A stretch of 64,000 nt of DNA from an uncultured Solirubrobacteraceae bacterium (GTDB taxonomy: Bacteria; Actinomycetota; Thermoleophilia; Solirubrobacterales; Solirubrobacteraceae): NCBI GenBank assembly GCA_963706235.1, contig OY970157.1, positions 1,330,553 to 1,394,552 on the forward strand, written 5' to 3'. Under the pieces are notes generated by a model. It did no database searches. It saw only the letters and a list, made by a program, of their open reading frames with translations, and was not told the origin of the DNA. The first letter of the stretch is position 1; every line of letters starts with the position of its first letter. The position numbers and the translations under genes were made by a program. Of the stretch, positions 28,077 to 36,826 are shown piece after piece.

Positions 28077-29249
28077 ATGCGCCCTCGCACCAACTTCCAG
28101 CTCGTCCGTATCTTCGGCATCCGTGTGGGCGTCAGCGCCAGCTGGTTCGTGGTGCTGTTCTTCCTGATCTACTGGCTCTCGCACGAATATTTTCCGGAAG
28201 TGATGAGCGGTTCGCAGAGCACCGCCTATCTGGTCGCGGTCCTGGGTGCAATGGGCTACTTCGCCTCGCTGATCCTGCACGAGCTGGGGCACGCGCTCGT
28301 CGCGCGACGCCTGGGCATCCCGATCGCCGGCATCGACCTGTGGTTCTTCGGAGGCCTCTCGCAGATGCGCCGCGAACCGCAGAGCGCCGGCGAGGAGTTC
28401 ATGGTCGCGGCAGCCGGGCCGGCGGTCACGCTGGTGCTGTTCGGCCTGTGCCTGGGAGCGGTCTACCTGCTCGCCAGCAGCGGCACGATCAGCGACGTGG
28501 CGCTGACCCGCGAAGGCGTGAAGACGACACCCCTGCTCGCGCTGATCGGGTGGTTGGGCTTCGTCAACGCGGCACTGTTCATCTTCAACATCATCCCCGC
28601 GTTTCCGCTGGACGGCGGGCGTATCGCGCGGGCGGTCGTCTGGTGGCGCACCGGCGACCGCAACCGCGCCACCCACGCCACCGGGCGCTCGGGACAGGCG
28701 CTCGCCGTCGCGCTCGGCCTGTTGGGGCTGTGGTCCTTCGCCGGCGGCGGCAGCTTCCTGGGGCTGGTCACGATGCTTTTGGCCTTCTTCCTCTACCAGG
28801 CGGCCAGCGCCGCCGTGCTCCAGGGAGCGCTCGGCAAGCGCATCCAGAACATCACCGTCGGCGACATCATGGACCGCCAGCCGGTGACGATCCCCGCTGA
28901 GGCCACGCTGCTGGATGTCCAGGAGCAGTTCTTCCTGCGCTACCGGTGGCCGTGGTTCGCGGTCGTGGACCCGGCTCGCCACTTCCTCGGCGTCGTGCGC
29001 CAGCAGCGGGTTGACAGCGAGATCGCCGCCGGGCGGCCGGCGCTGGCGGTCGTAGACGTGCTCGAGGAGGACATGCCCGTGCGCATCGGCGAAGAGGCGC
29101 CGCTCGAGTCGCTGCTCGGCTCCGAGGGTCTCGGGCGCCTGGGGGCGATGGTGGCTGTTGACAAGGACGGCGTCCTGCAGGGCGTGGTCACGTTGGCACA
29201 GGTCCGCCAGGCGCTGCGCCCGGCGGCCCCGGCGCGCCCCGCCACGTGA
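28077..29249 (+). CDS. Site-2 protease (peptidase M50) with a C-terminal CBS pair
   Basis: HELGHALVARRLG (HExxH) lies in a TM context. NIIPAFPLDGGR is present. CBS-like segments follow, starting at ITVGDIMDRQPVTI. Confidence 0.85.
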   Translation: MRPRTNFQLVRIFGIRVGVSASWFVVLFFLIYWLSHEYFPEVMSGSQSTAYLVAVLGAMGYFASLILHELGHALVARRLGIPIAGIDLWFFGGLSQMRREPQSAGEEFMVAAAGPAVTLVLFGLCLGAVYLLASSGTISDVALTREGVKTTPLLALIGWLGFVNAALFIFNIIPAFPLDGGRIARAVVWWRTGDRNRATHATGRSGQALAVALGLLGLWSFAGGGSFLGLVTMLLAFFLYQAASAAVLQGALGKRIQNITVGDIMDRQPVTIPAEATLLDVQEQFFLRYRWPWFAVVDPARHFLGVVRQQRVDSEIAAGRPALAVVDVLEEDMPVRIGEEAPLESLLGSEGLGRLGAMVAVDKDGVLQGVVTLAQVRQALRPAAPARPAT

Positions 29250-29354
29250 CAGCAGCGCGCTCGTTATAGAGTCCCTGCTTGGGCGCCCCCAAACAGCCCC
29301 ATCCCCAGCCCTCAAGTTCTTTCTTCAGTCCCTCCAAAGCGACCCCAGGGAGCC

Positions 29355-31052
29355 ATGCCAGAACACGACGTCTTGATCATCGGGGCCGGACTCGCGGGCC
29401 AGCGCGCAGCGCTCGCGGCCGCCGAGGCGGGAGCCAACGTGGCAATCATGAGCAAGGTCCACCCTGTGCGCTCGCACTCGGTGGCCGCTGCGGGCGGTAT
29501 CAACGCGGCGATCAGCGTCGATGACGACTGGCACTCCCACGCCTATGACACCGTCAAGGGCTCGGACTTCCTGGGCGATCAGGACGCGATCGAAGTGATG
29601 TGCTCGGAGGCGCCCGCAGAGGTCATGCACCTGGAGCACATCGGCGTCACGTTCCATCGCAACGACAAGGGCGAGATGGACCTGCGCGCGTTCGGCGGCG
29701 CCTCGATGAAGCGCACCGCCTACGTCGCAGATATCACCGGTCAGGCCCTGCTGCACGTGCTCTACGAGCAGCTGATGAAGCACCACGAGACGGTGGCGCG
29801 CTATGAGGAGTGGTTCACCACGTCGCTGCTGCGCGACGAGGAGGGCCGCTGTGCAGGCGCTGTCGCGCGCGACGTGCGCACGGGGCGCATGGAGGCGTTC
29901 ACCGCGAAGAACGTGATCCTCGCGTGCGGAGGCGCGGGCCAGGCGTACAAGCCGACGACAAACGGGCTGATCGTGACCGGCGACGGGATCGCGATGGCCT
30001 ACCGTGCGGGGGCGCCGCTGATGGACATGGAGATGGTCCAATACCACCCCACCTGCCTCGTGGAGACGGGCATCCTCATCACCGAGGGCGCGCGCGGCGA
30101 GGGCGCGCACCTGCTGAACTCGGGCGGCGAACGCTTCATGGAGAAATCGGCTCCCAACAAGATGGAGCTCGCGTCCCGCGACGTGGTCTCGCGTGCGGAG
30201 CAGATCGAGATCAACGAGGGCCGCGGCGTGGGCCCGAATGGAGCGGGCATCTACCTCGACATCACGGTCGTGCCGCGCAAGCGCACGCTGGAGGCGCTGC
30301 GTGAGATCGTCAACCTCGGCAAGGACTTCGCCGGGGTGGACATCACGCGCGAACCGATCATGATCCGCCCGGGCCAGCACTACATCATGGGCGGCGTGAA
30401 GACCGACGTGGAAGGGCGCACGCCGATCGAGGGCCTATACGCGGCCGGCGAGGTGGCGTGCGTGTCCGTGCACGGTGGCAACCGTCTGGGCGCAAACTCG
30501 CTGCTGGACACGCTGATCTTCGGACGGCGCTCTGGAGAACATGCGGCCAAGCGCGCGGCGAGCATGCCGATGCCCAAGGTGGACGCGCACGCACAGCTGC
30601 GCGAGGACTCCGAGCGGCTGGAATCGATCATCTCCCGCTCGCGCGACGGCAGGCGTGTGTCTGAGATCAAGAGCGAGCTCGGTGAGACGATGAACCGTCA
30701 CGCAGCGGTCTTCCGCGACGAGGCGGGGCTCACGGACGCCTTGGAGACGATCGACCGCCTGAAAGAGGAGACCGAGAAGGCCTGGATCGACGATCACGGG
30801 ACGGTCTTCAACCAGGACGTGCTCGGCGCGCTGGAGCTCGGCTACATGGTCGACTGCGCCCAGGCCACGCTGGTCGGTGCGTTGGAGCGCAAGGAGTCGC
30901 GTGGCGCGCAATTCCGCACGGACTACCCCGAGCGCAACGACGCGGAGTGGCTCAAGCACATCGACATCTCCCTGGACGCCGAGGGAACCCCACAGGTCTC
31001 CTACTCCCCCGTCACGATCACCCAGTGGGAGCCGGAGGAGAGGAAATACTGA
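29355..31052 (+). CDS. sdhA: Succinate dehydrogenase/fumarate reductase flavoprotein subunit
   Basis: HDVLIIGAGLAGQRAALAAAEAG, RSHSVAAAGGINA (FAD-linking His context) and HPTCLV...TEGARGEGA are present. Confidence 0.95.
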   Translation: MPEHDVLIIGAGLAGQRAALAAAEAGANVAIMSKVHPVRSHSVAAAGGINAAISVDDDWHSHAYDTVKGSDFLGDQDAIEVMCSEAPAEVMHLEHIGVTFHRNDKGEMDLRAFGGASMKRTAYVADITGQALLHVLYEQLMKHHETVARYEEWFTTSLLRDEEGRCAGAVARDVRTGRMEAFTAKNVILACGGAGQAYKPTTNGLIVTGDGIAMAYRAGAPLMDMEMVQYHPTCLVETGILITEGARGEGAHLLNSGGERFMEKSAPNKMELASRDVVSRAEQIEINEGRGVGPNGAGIYLDITVVPRKRTLEALREIVNLGKDFAGVDITREPIMIRPGQHYIMGGVKTDVEGRTPIEGLYAAGEVACVSVHGGNRLGANSLLDTLIFGRRSGEHAAKRAASMPMPKVDAHAQLREDSERLESIISRSRDGRRVSEIKSELGETMNRHAAVFRDEAGLTDALETIDRLKEETEKAWIDDHGTVFNQDVLGALELGYMVDCAQATLVGALERKESRGAQFRTDYPERNDAEWLKHIDISLDAEGTPQVSYSPVTITQWEPEERKY

Positions 31053-31106
31053 TGTTCGCGCAGGCCCGCAGCGCACGCCCACCTCACGACCGCAGGAGCG
31101 CCACAG

Positions 31107-32318
31107 ATGGCTGAAGTGCACGACCGCCCACCCGAGCAGTTCACCCTCAGGATGCGCCGTTACGACCCGGAGTCCGGCGACGCGCCGTACTGGGACGAGC
31201 ACACGATCGAGCTCGAGCCGCACCGCTCGGTGCTCGAGGGGATCCTGCAGGCACGCGACCGCTTCGATGGGTCGATCGGCATCCGCTGCTCCTGCCGACA
31301 GGCGATCTGCGGCTCGTGCGGCATCCGCGTGAACGGCGAACCGGCGCTCGCCTGTCACACACACCTGGATGCCGCGAGGCGCGGCTCGGGCGAGGACGGC
31401 GTGATCGAGATCGAGCCGATGGGCAACATGCCGGTGATCAAGGACCTGATCGTCGATATGGACGCGGTCCACTGGAAGAAGATCCAGCGCGTGACGCCAT
31501 GGCTGCTGGCCAAGCAGCCCGTACCCGAGCGCGAGTACATCGTGCCGAAAGAGTCGATGGTGGATGTGACGCAGACGATGGCATGCATCCAGTGCGGCGC
31601 GTGCGTGTCGGACTGCCTGGCGATGGAGGTGGACCCTGGGTTCATCGGCCCTGCCGCGCTCGCCAAGGCCTACCGCTTCGTCGGTGACCCGCGCGATGAC
31701 CAGCAGTTCGAGCGCCTGAACGATCTTGCGCAGGACCCGCAGGGGATCTTCGACTGCACCCACTGCTTCAAGTGCGTGGAGGCTTGCCCCAAGGACGTCA
31801 ACCCGATGGGCCAGATCATGCGCCTGCGGCGGATCGCGATCGACGATCACCACATCGTGGACAAGAACAACGGCGAGCGCCACGAGGCGGCGTTCACCGG
31901 GTTGATCCGCGACAACGGCATCCTTTGGGAGGCTGAGCTGCTGCCGCGCTCCTACGGCGGCGCGTCGTGGTTCGGGAAATTCGCGCCCGCCGCGGGCAAG
32001 GAGCTCCTGTCCTCGCTGCCGGTAGCGATCCGCGGCTTGCTGCGGCGCAAGATGACGCTCGCCGGCGTACTCAAACCGCACAAGATCCCCAGCGCCGACC
32101 TGAAGGCCGTGCAGGCGATCTACGACAAGGTCGAGAGCCGCCCCGAGCGCTACGAGCTGAACCTGTACATCGTCGGCGAGGATGAGACCGACACGTCTCT
32201 GGGCGACCCGGTCGCCGTCGGCGTGACGCACGAGCCGCGCGGCTCGGAAGCCGGCCCGTCGTCCGGAGCCTTGCCGACGGACACACCCACCGATTCCAGA
32301 GAACCAAGGGAGGGATGA
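31107..32318 (+). CDS. sdhB: Succinate dehydrogenase iron-sulfur subunit with a ~155-aa C-terminal extension
   Basis: Three clusters are present: 2Fe-2S (CSCRQAICGSCG...C), CIQCGACVSDC and CTHCFKCVEACP. The protein is 403 aa, against roughly 230-260 aa for typical SdhB. Confidence 0.9.
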   Translation: MAEVHDRPPEQFTLRMRRYDPESGDAPYWDEHTIELEPHRSVLEGILQARDRFDGSIGIRCSCRQAICGSCGIRVNGEPALACHTHLDAARRGSGEDGVIEIEPMGNMPVIKDLIVDMDAVHWKKIQRVTPWLLAKQPVPEREYIVPKESMVDVTQTMACIQCGACVSDCLAMEVDPGFIGPAALAKAYRFVGDPRDDQQFERLNDLAQDPQGIFDCTHCFKCVEACPKDVNPMGQIMRLRRIAIDDHHIVDKNNGERHEAAFTGLIRDNGILWEAELLPRSYGGASWFGKFAPAAGKELLSSLPVAIRGLLRRKMTLAGVLKPHKIPSADLKAVQAIYDKVESRPERYELNLYIVGEDETDTSLGDPVAVGVTHEPRGSEAGPSSGALPTDTPTDSREPREG

Positions 32319-32322
32319 GCGA

Positions 32323-33225
32323 ATGAAGGTCGCCTACTGGCCCGGCTGCGTCAGCCGCGGCTTCACTCCCGAGCTGCATGGCTCGATGGCCAAGGTCGCG
32401 CCGCTGCTTGACATCGAGCTGGTCGAGCTGGACCGCGCCTGCTGCACGGGCGCGGGCGTGATCGCCGAGCACAACCAGGAGCTCGCGGACACGCTCAACG
32501 CGCGCACGTTCGCGCTCGCTCAGCAGGTCGACGGCGCGGAGCTGATGATGAACATCTGCTCCACCTGCCAGGGCGCGCAGAGCGAGTGCCAGGAGCGCTT
32601 GGACGCAAACGCCGAGTACCGCGCGCATGTCAACACGACGCTGTCGGCGGAGGGACTGACGTATGAGGCCGGCCTCACGAACAAGAACTTCCTATGGCTG
32701 CTGGTGGAGGAGATCGGCCTGGACAAGCTGCACGCACGCGTGAGGCGTCCGCTCACGAACCTCAAGGTCGGCCCCTTCTACGGCTGCTACATCGTGCGCC
32801 CCCGCAACCGCCTGGGCATCGATGAGGAGCACCCCCGCGACCACTACCTGGAGCGCGTGATCGACGCGCTCGGCGGCACCGTGATCGAGTACGCGGGCAT
32901 GCGCAAGTGCTGCGGCTTTCCGATCATCACGATGAACAAGGAAGCCTCGCTGAAGCAGGCCGGACGTCATCTCGGCGACGCCGTGGACGCGGAAGCCGAC
33001 TGCCTGGTGACGCCGTGCCCACTGTGCCACCTGAACCTCGACCTGCAGCAGCCGCTCGCCGCGGGGGTCGTCGGGCGAGAGCTGAACATGCCCGTCCTGC
33101 ACCTGCCGCAGCTGGTCGGTCTGGCGTTGGGTCTGGACCCGAAGGACCTCGGTCTCGGGCGCCACATTGTGCGCCCGACATCGGTGATCGACTGGTCGAC
33201 GTCCGTCGTGGGAGCTGCTGCTTAG
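32323..33225 (+). CDS. CCG-domain (HdrB-like) subunit of a type E-like succinate:quinone oxidoreductase
   Basis: Two Cys-rich CCG-type modules are present: YWPGC...ACCTGAG...CSTCQ and FYGCY...KCCGFP...PCPLCH. The gene begins 4 nt after the sdhB stop. Confidence 0.8.
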   Translation: MKVAYWPGCVSRGFTPELHGSMAKVAPLLDIELVELDRACCTGAGVIAEHNQELADTLNARTFALAQQVDGAELMMNICSTCQGAQSECQERLDANAEYRAHVNTTLSAEGLTYEAGLTNKNFLWLLVEEIGLDKLHARVRRPLTNLKVGPFYGCYIVRPRNRLGIDEEHPRDHYLERVIDALGGTVIEYAGMRKCCGFPIITMNKEASLKQAGRHLGDAVDAEADCLVTPCPLCHLNLDLQQPLAAGVVGRELNMPVLHLPQLVGLALGLDPKDLGLGRHIVRPTSVIDWSTSVVGAAA

Positions 33226-33313
33226 CTCACTTGTGGGGCGGGCCGGGCGCCCGCCTCACCACATGACGGTAATCGCCCCCAGAGCTTGACCTCGGCCACA
33301 GCGAGGCCGATAC

Positions 33314-35140
33314 ATGTCGCTGATGACCGCGAAAGACGGCATGGCGAGCGCTGGCGCAGATCATGCAGAGATGACCTCTGCGTGGCGGCGCGCGCACGCG
33401 GGGTCGGGGCTCACGTCGAGCCTGATCCTCACGTACGTGGAGCGTGAAGCGGGTGGCCAGGCGGTGAAGCGGATGCTCGCCCTAGCGGAGCTCTCCGGCG
33501 CTGAGCAAAGCCTGCGGGATGAGAACCACTGGTTCTCCTATGAGACCAAGCTAGCCCTGTGGCAGGCGGCGGAGGAGGTTCTGGGCGACCCGGATGTGGC
33601 CGAGCACGTCGGTGCCTCGGTGCTCGACCTGTCGGTGGCGATGGGTCTCAAGCAAACCCTGCGCGCGCTCGGCACACCGGGCTTCGTCTACGGCAACGTC
33701 GCGCGTGCGAACGCCAAGTTCAACTGGGCCCACCAGCTGGCGGTGCTGGACAAAAGCGCCGCGACCGTGCGCATGCGCTACACGGACGTCTCCGGTGTCG
33801 GCTATCACCGCTACGACTGCAGCTACACCAAAGGGCTGCTGGCGACCGTGCCACAGCTGTTCGGACTCCCGCTCGCGCACGTCGCACACCCTGTGTGCGG
33901 CGCCCGCGGAGACGCATGGTGCGAGTTCGACGTGCGCTGGACGGCGGGCACGCGTGAGCTCACACGCGCAGCCGTCGCACTCGCCGGCACCGGCGCCCTG
34001 CTCGCGACGATCGGCGCTTTCATCGACCCGGTGCTCGTGCCCGTGCTCGCCGGCGCAGCAGCGCTCGGCGAGGTCGCGATCGCGGCACGAGCGATGCGCT
34101 TCCTGCGACGACGGCTGGGCGTACTCGAGCTGCGTGTCAGCGAGCAGGACAACGCCGCCGAGCGGCTGCTCTCCTCCCTACGCGACCTCTCCTCCGACCT
34201 GCGCCTGGACGAGGTGCTCGACCAGATCACCGCGAGGGCGCAGACGGCGGTTGGCGGAAAGGAGTTTGCGCTGCTGCTCGCCGACGGAAGGGACATGCGC
34301 GCGGACCGGCACTCGGGCATCCCGGCAACGTCGCTGGTGGCACTCGAGTCCTGGGCGCAGGCACAGCGGGAGACGTTGATCGAGCGCGGCACGGTTGTAA
34401 TCGACGATCTGGGTACTGATGCCGCGCTGGCTGGTCTGCCACTCGAGGAGCGGTTGCCGCTCGGATCGCTGTGCGCTGCGCCGCTTGTCTTCCGCGACGA
34501 GTTGTTGGGGGTGCTCGCGGCGCTGGCGCACGGCTCGACCGTGTTCCTGCCTGGAGAGGACGCAGCGCTGTCCGCATATGCCGCGCACGCGGCGATCGCG
34601 CTGTCCAATGCGCACCTGGTTGAGCGCTTGGAACGACAGGCAGCAGAGGATCCGCTCACGGGGCTGGCCAACCAGCGCGCCTTTCACCGCGACTGCGCGG
34701 CGGAGGTCAGCCGCGCCCAGCGCGCTGACGGCGCCGTCTCGATCGTGATGCTCGACCTCGACCATTTCAAGGCGATCAACGACGAGCACGGCCATCCCTA
34801 CGGCGATCAGGTCCTGGTGAAAGTAGCCACGGCGCTGCGCGCATCGATTCGCGCACACGACACCGCCGCGCGCCTGGGCGGCGAGGAGTTTGCGATCCTG
34901 CTGCCCGACGCGGGCGCGCGCGACGCCCATGAGGTGGCCGAGCGTGCCCGGGACGCGATCGCGCAGATCGACGTGCCCGGCGGCGCGCTCACTTGCTCTG
35001 CGGGCGTGGCCACCACCGGCGGCGGTGAGAGCTCACCGATCGATCTGCTCGAGCTGGCTGACAAGGCTCTGTACAGCGCCAAGCACCTCGGCCGCAACCG
35101 CACGGTGCTCAGCGGAGAGCTCGCCGCCCACTCGCACTAG
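33314..35140 (+). CDS. Diguanylate cyclase: N-terminal V4R/H-NOX-like sensor domain, TM segment, GAF, GGDEF
   Basis: The GGDEF domain runs DPLTGLANQRAF...RLGGEEF, with an RAHD (RxxD) I-site five residues upstream. A GAF-like central region and hydrophobic helices (AAVALAGTGALLATIGAFIDPVLVPVLAGAAALG) are present. Confidence 0.85.
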   Translation: MSLMTAKDGMASAGADHAEMTSAWRRAHAGSGLTSSLILTYVEREAGGQAVKRMLALAELSGAEQSLRDENHWFSYETKLALWQAAEEVLGDPDVAEHVGASVLDLSVAMGLKQTLRALGTPGFVYGNVARANAKFNWAHQLAVLDKSAATVRMRYTDVSGVGYHRYDCSYTKGLLATVPQLFGLPLAHVAHPVCGARGDAWCEFDVRWTAGTRELTRAAVALAGTGALLATIGAFIDPVLVPVLAGAAALGEVAIAARAMRFLRRRLGVLELRVSEQDNAAERLLSSLRDLSSDLRLDEVLDQITARAQTAVGGKEFALLLADGRDMRADRHSGIPATSLVALESWAQAQRETLIERGTVVIDDLGTDAALAGLPLEERLPLGSLCAAPLVFRDELLGVLAALAHGSTVFLPGEDAALSAYAAHAAIALSNAHLVERLERQAAEDPLTGLANQRAFHRDCAAEVSRAQRADGAVSIVMLDLDHFKAINDEHGHPYGDQVLVKVATALRASIRAHDTAARLGGEEFAILLPDAGARDAHEVAERARDAIAQIDVPGGALTCSAGVATTGGGESSPIDLLELADKALYSAKHLGRNRTVLSGELAAHSH

Positions 35141-35168
35141 TGCCCTGAGTCAGACTAGGCTGCGCTGC

Positions 35169-36278
35169 GTGCGGATACTGACCGTCGTAGGCAACCGACC
35201 GCAGTTCATCAAGGCGGCAGCCGTCTCGGGGCCGTTGCGCGAGCGACACGAGGAGGTCCTCGTGCACACCGGCCAGCATTACGACGACTCGCTCTCGAGC
35301 GTCTTCTTCAACGAGCTCGGGCTGGCGCGACCCGATCGCGAGCTCGGCATCGGCGGTGGCTCGAACACGTCACAGACGGCGCGCATGCTGGCGGCGCTGG
35401 AGCCGCTCTTGGGCGAGCTCGACGCGGACGCCGCGCTCGTCTACGGCGACACCAACTCGACGCTCGCGGGCGCGCTCGCCGCAGCGCAGGCGCGCGTGCC
35501 AGTGGTGCACGTGGAGGCGGGCATGCGTTCGTTCGACCGCTCGATGCCCGAGGAGCTCAACCGTGTCCTCACCGACCACCTCAGCGAGCTGCTGCTCTGC
35601 TCCTCACAGGGGGCAGCGGAGAACCTGCGTGCGGAGTCCGTGACAGGCCGTGTGGAGGTGGTGGGTGATGTGATGGTGGACGTGGCGCTGCGCTGGCAGC
35701 CCGCGGCGCGTACAGATACAGCCGTACCGGGCGCCTACGGCCTAAAGCCCGGCTCCTATTTCCTGCTGACGGCCCACAGAGCGGGCAACGTCGATGACCC
35801 ACGACGCCTGTGCGCGCTCGTGAAGCTGATCGAGCGCCTGCCCGAGCCGACGCTGTTCCCCCTGCATCCGCGCACCCGCACGCGGCTGAAGGACGCAGGG
35901 CTATTGGCACGCCTGGACGACGTCGCCGGCCTGAAGCTGACTGAGCCGCTCGGTTACATCGAGTTCAGCGCGCTCGTCTGTCAGGCGCGGGCGGTTCTGA
36001 CCGACTCCGGCGGCGTGCAGAAGGAGGCCTATCTGGCGGGCGTGCCGTGCGTAACGCTACGCGCCAACACCGAGTGGGTGGAGACCGTCGAGACCGGGTG
36101 GAACACGCTGGTGGACCTCGACGCCGATGCCGCGCTGGCTGCGCTCGGACGCCCGACGCCGACGGCGCATCCCGAGCTCTATGGCGACGGGCACGCCGCC
36201 GGGCGGTGCGTGGCGGCGATCGAGTCGCTGCAGGACCCCGCTAGGGTGCCCCCCGCAGCGGTTCATCCTGAGCGGTGA
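35169..36278 (+). CDS. wecB: UDP-N-acetylglucosamine 2-epimerase (non-hydrolysing)
   Basis: GTG at 35169; VRILTVVGNRPQFIKAAAV...HTGQHYD...YGDTNSTLAGALAA...HVEAGMRSFDRSMPEELNR are present. Confidence 0.9.
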   Translation: MRILTVVGNRPQFIKAAAVSGPLRERHEEVLVHTGQHYDDSLSSVFFNELGLARPDRELGIGGGSNTSQTARMLAALEPLLGELDADAALVYGDTNSTLAGALAAAQARVPVVHVEAGMRSFDRSMPEELNRVLTDHLSELLLCSSQGAAENLRAESVTGRVEVVGDVMVDVALRWQPAARTDTAVPGAYGLKPGSYFLLTAHRAGNVDDPRRLCALVKLIERLPEPTLFPLHPRTRTRLKDAGLLARLDDVAGLKLTEPLGYIEFSALVCQARAVLTDSGGVQKEAYLAGVPCVTLRANTEWVETVETGWNTLVDLDADAALAALGRPTPTAHPELYGDGHAAGRCVAAIESLQDPARVPPAAVHPER

Positions 36279-36282
36279 GCGC

Positions 36283-36813
36283 CTACGCTTTGCGCGCCTT
36301 CACCAGCGCCCGCCCGATCGTGAGCGGATGGTTCAAGACGATCGAGGCGCGACCGACCAGCGAGCTTGGGTCGTGCGCTATCCCCAGCTGGCGCAGGATC
36401 GTCGTCTGGTCGAAGTACACGCGCTCGCAGGTGATGCGATCGCCCTCGAACAGGAAGAACGCAGCCATTCTGCAACGAAACGAGCGACCTGTCGGAGGCA
36501 GCGACCGCAGCGGTCCCAGGTGCGTGCCGAGCAGATCGAACTCCGCGATCACCGCGTCGTCCGCGTGGTGAAGTGCAATCAGCTCGTTGCGTTGGTCCGG
36601 GAACGCGGTGCGGGTCTCGGCGAAATACCGACGCACCTCCTGCTCGCCGTCATACACATCGCCCGTGGCGATGATCTCGTAGCGGGGATGGTCGAACGTC
36701 GCAATCGTGGTATCGAAGTCGTGGTGGTTCTCCGACTCCATGTGCTCGCGCACGACCGCCTCGCGGCGGGCGCGCAGCTGGGCTTCGGCGTCGCTCGCAT
36801 GTAGGTTGGACAT
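36283..36813 (-). CDS. SnoaL-like / NTF2-fold (ester cyclase-like) protein
   Basis: From ATG 36811-36813 the translation is ...REAVVREHMESENHHDFDTTIATFDHPRYEI...FLFEGDRITCERVYFD. Confidence 0.7.
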   Translation of the reverse strand: MSNLHASDAEAQLRARREAVVREHMESENHHDFDTTIATFDHPRYEIIATGDVYDGEQEVRRYFAETRTAFPDQRNELIALHHADDAVIAEFDLLGTHLGPLRSLPPTGRSFRCRMAAFFLFEGDRITCERVYFDQTTILRQLGIAHDPSSLVGRASIVLNHPLTIGRALVKARKA

Positions 36814-36826
36814 CGCTTGACTTCTA

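Noticed and set aside
27588-29315. A 575-aa minus-strand ORF, together with similar long ORFs at 30435-32231 (-), 12329-13717 (+), 44326-45666 (+) and 9031-10065 (+).
   Set aside because: All lie antisense to or out of frame with genes carrying clear family motifs (S2P, sdhA/sdhB, metG, the ABC genes, ispE). Their translations are Arg/Ala/Pro/Gly/His-rich with no motifs. This is typical stop-codon-poor shadow ORF behaviour in high-GC DNA.
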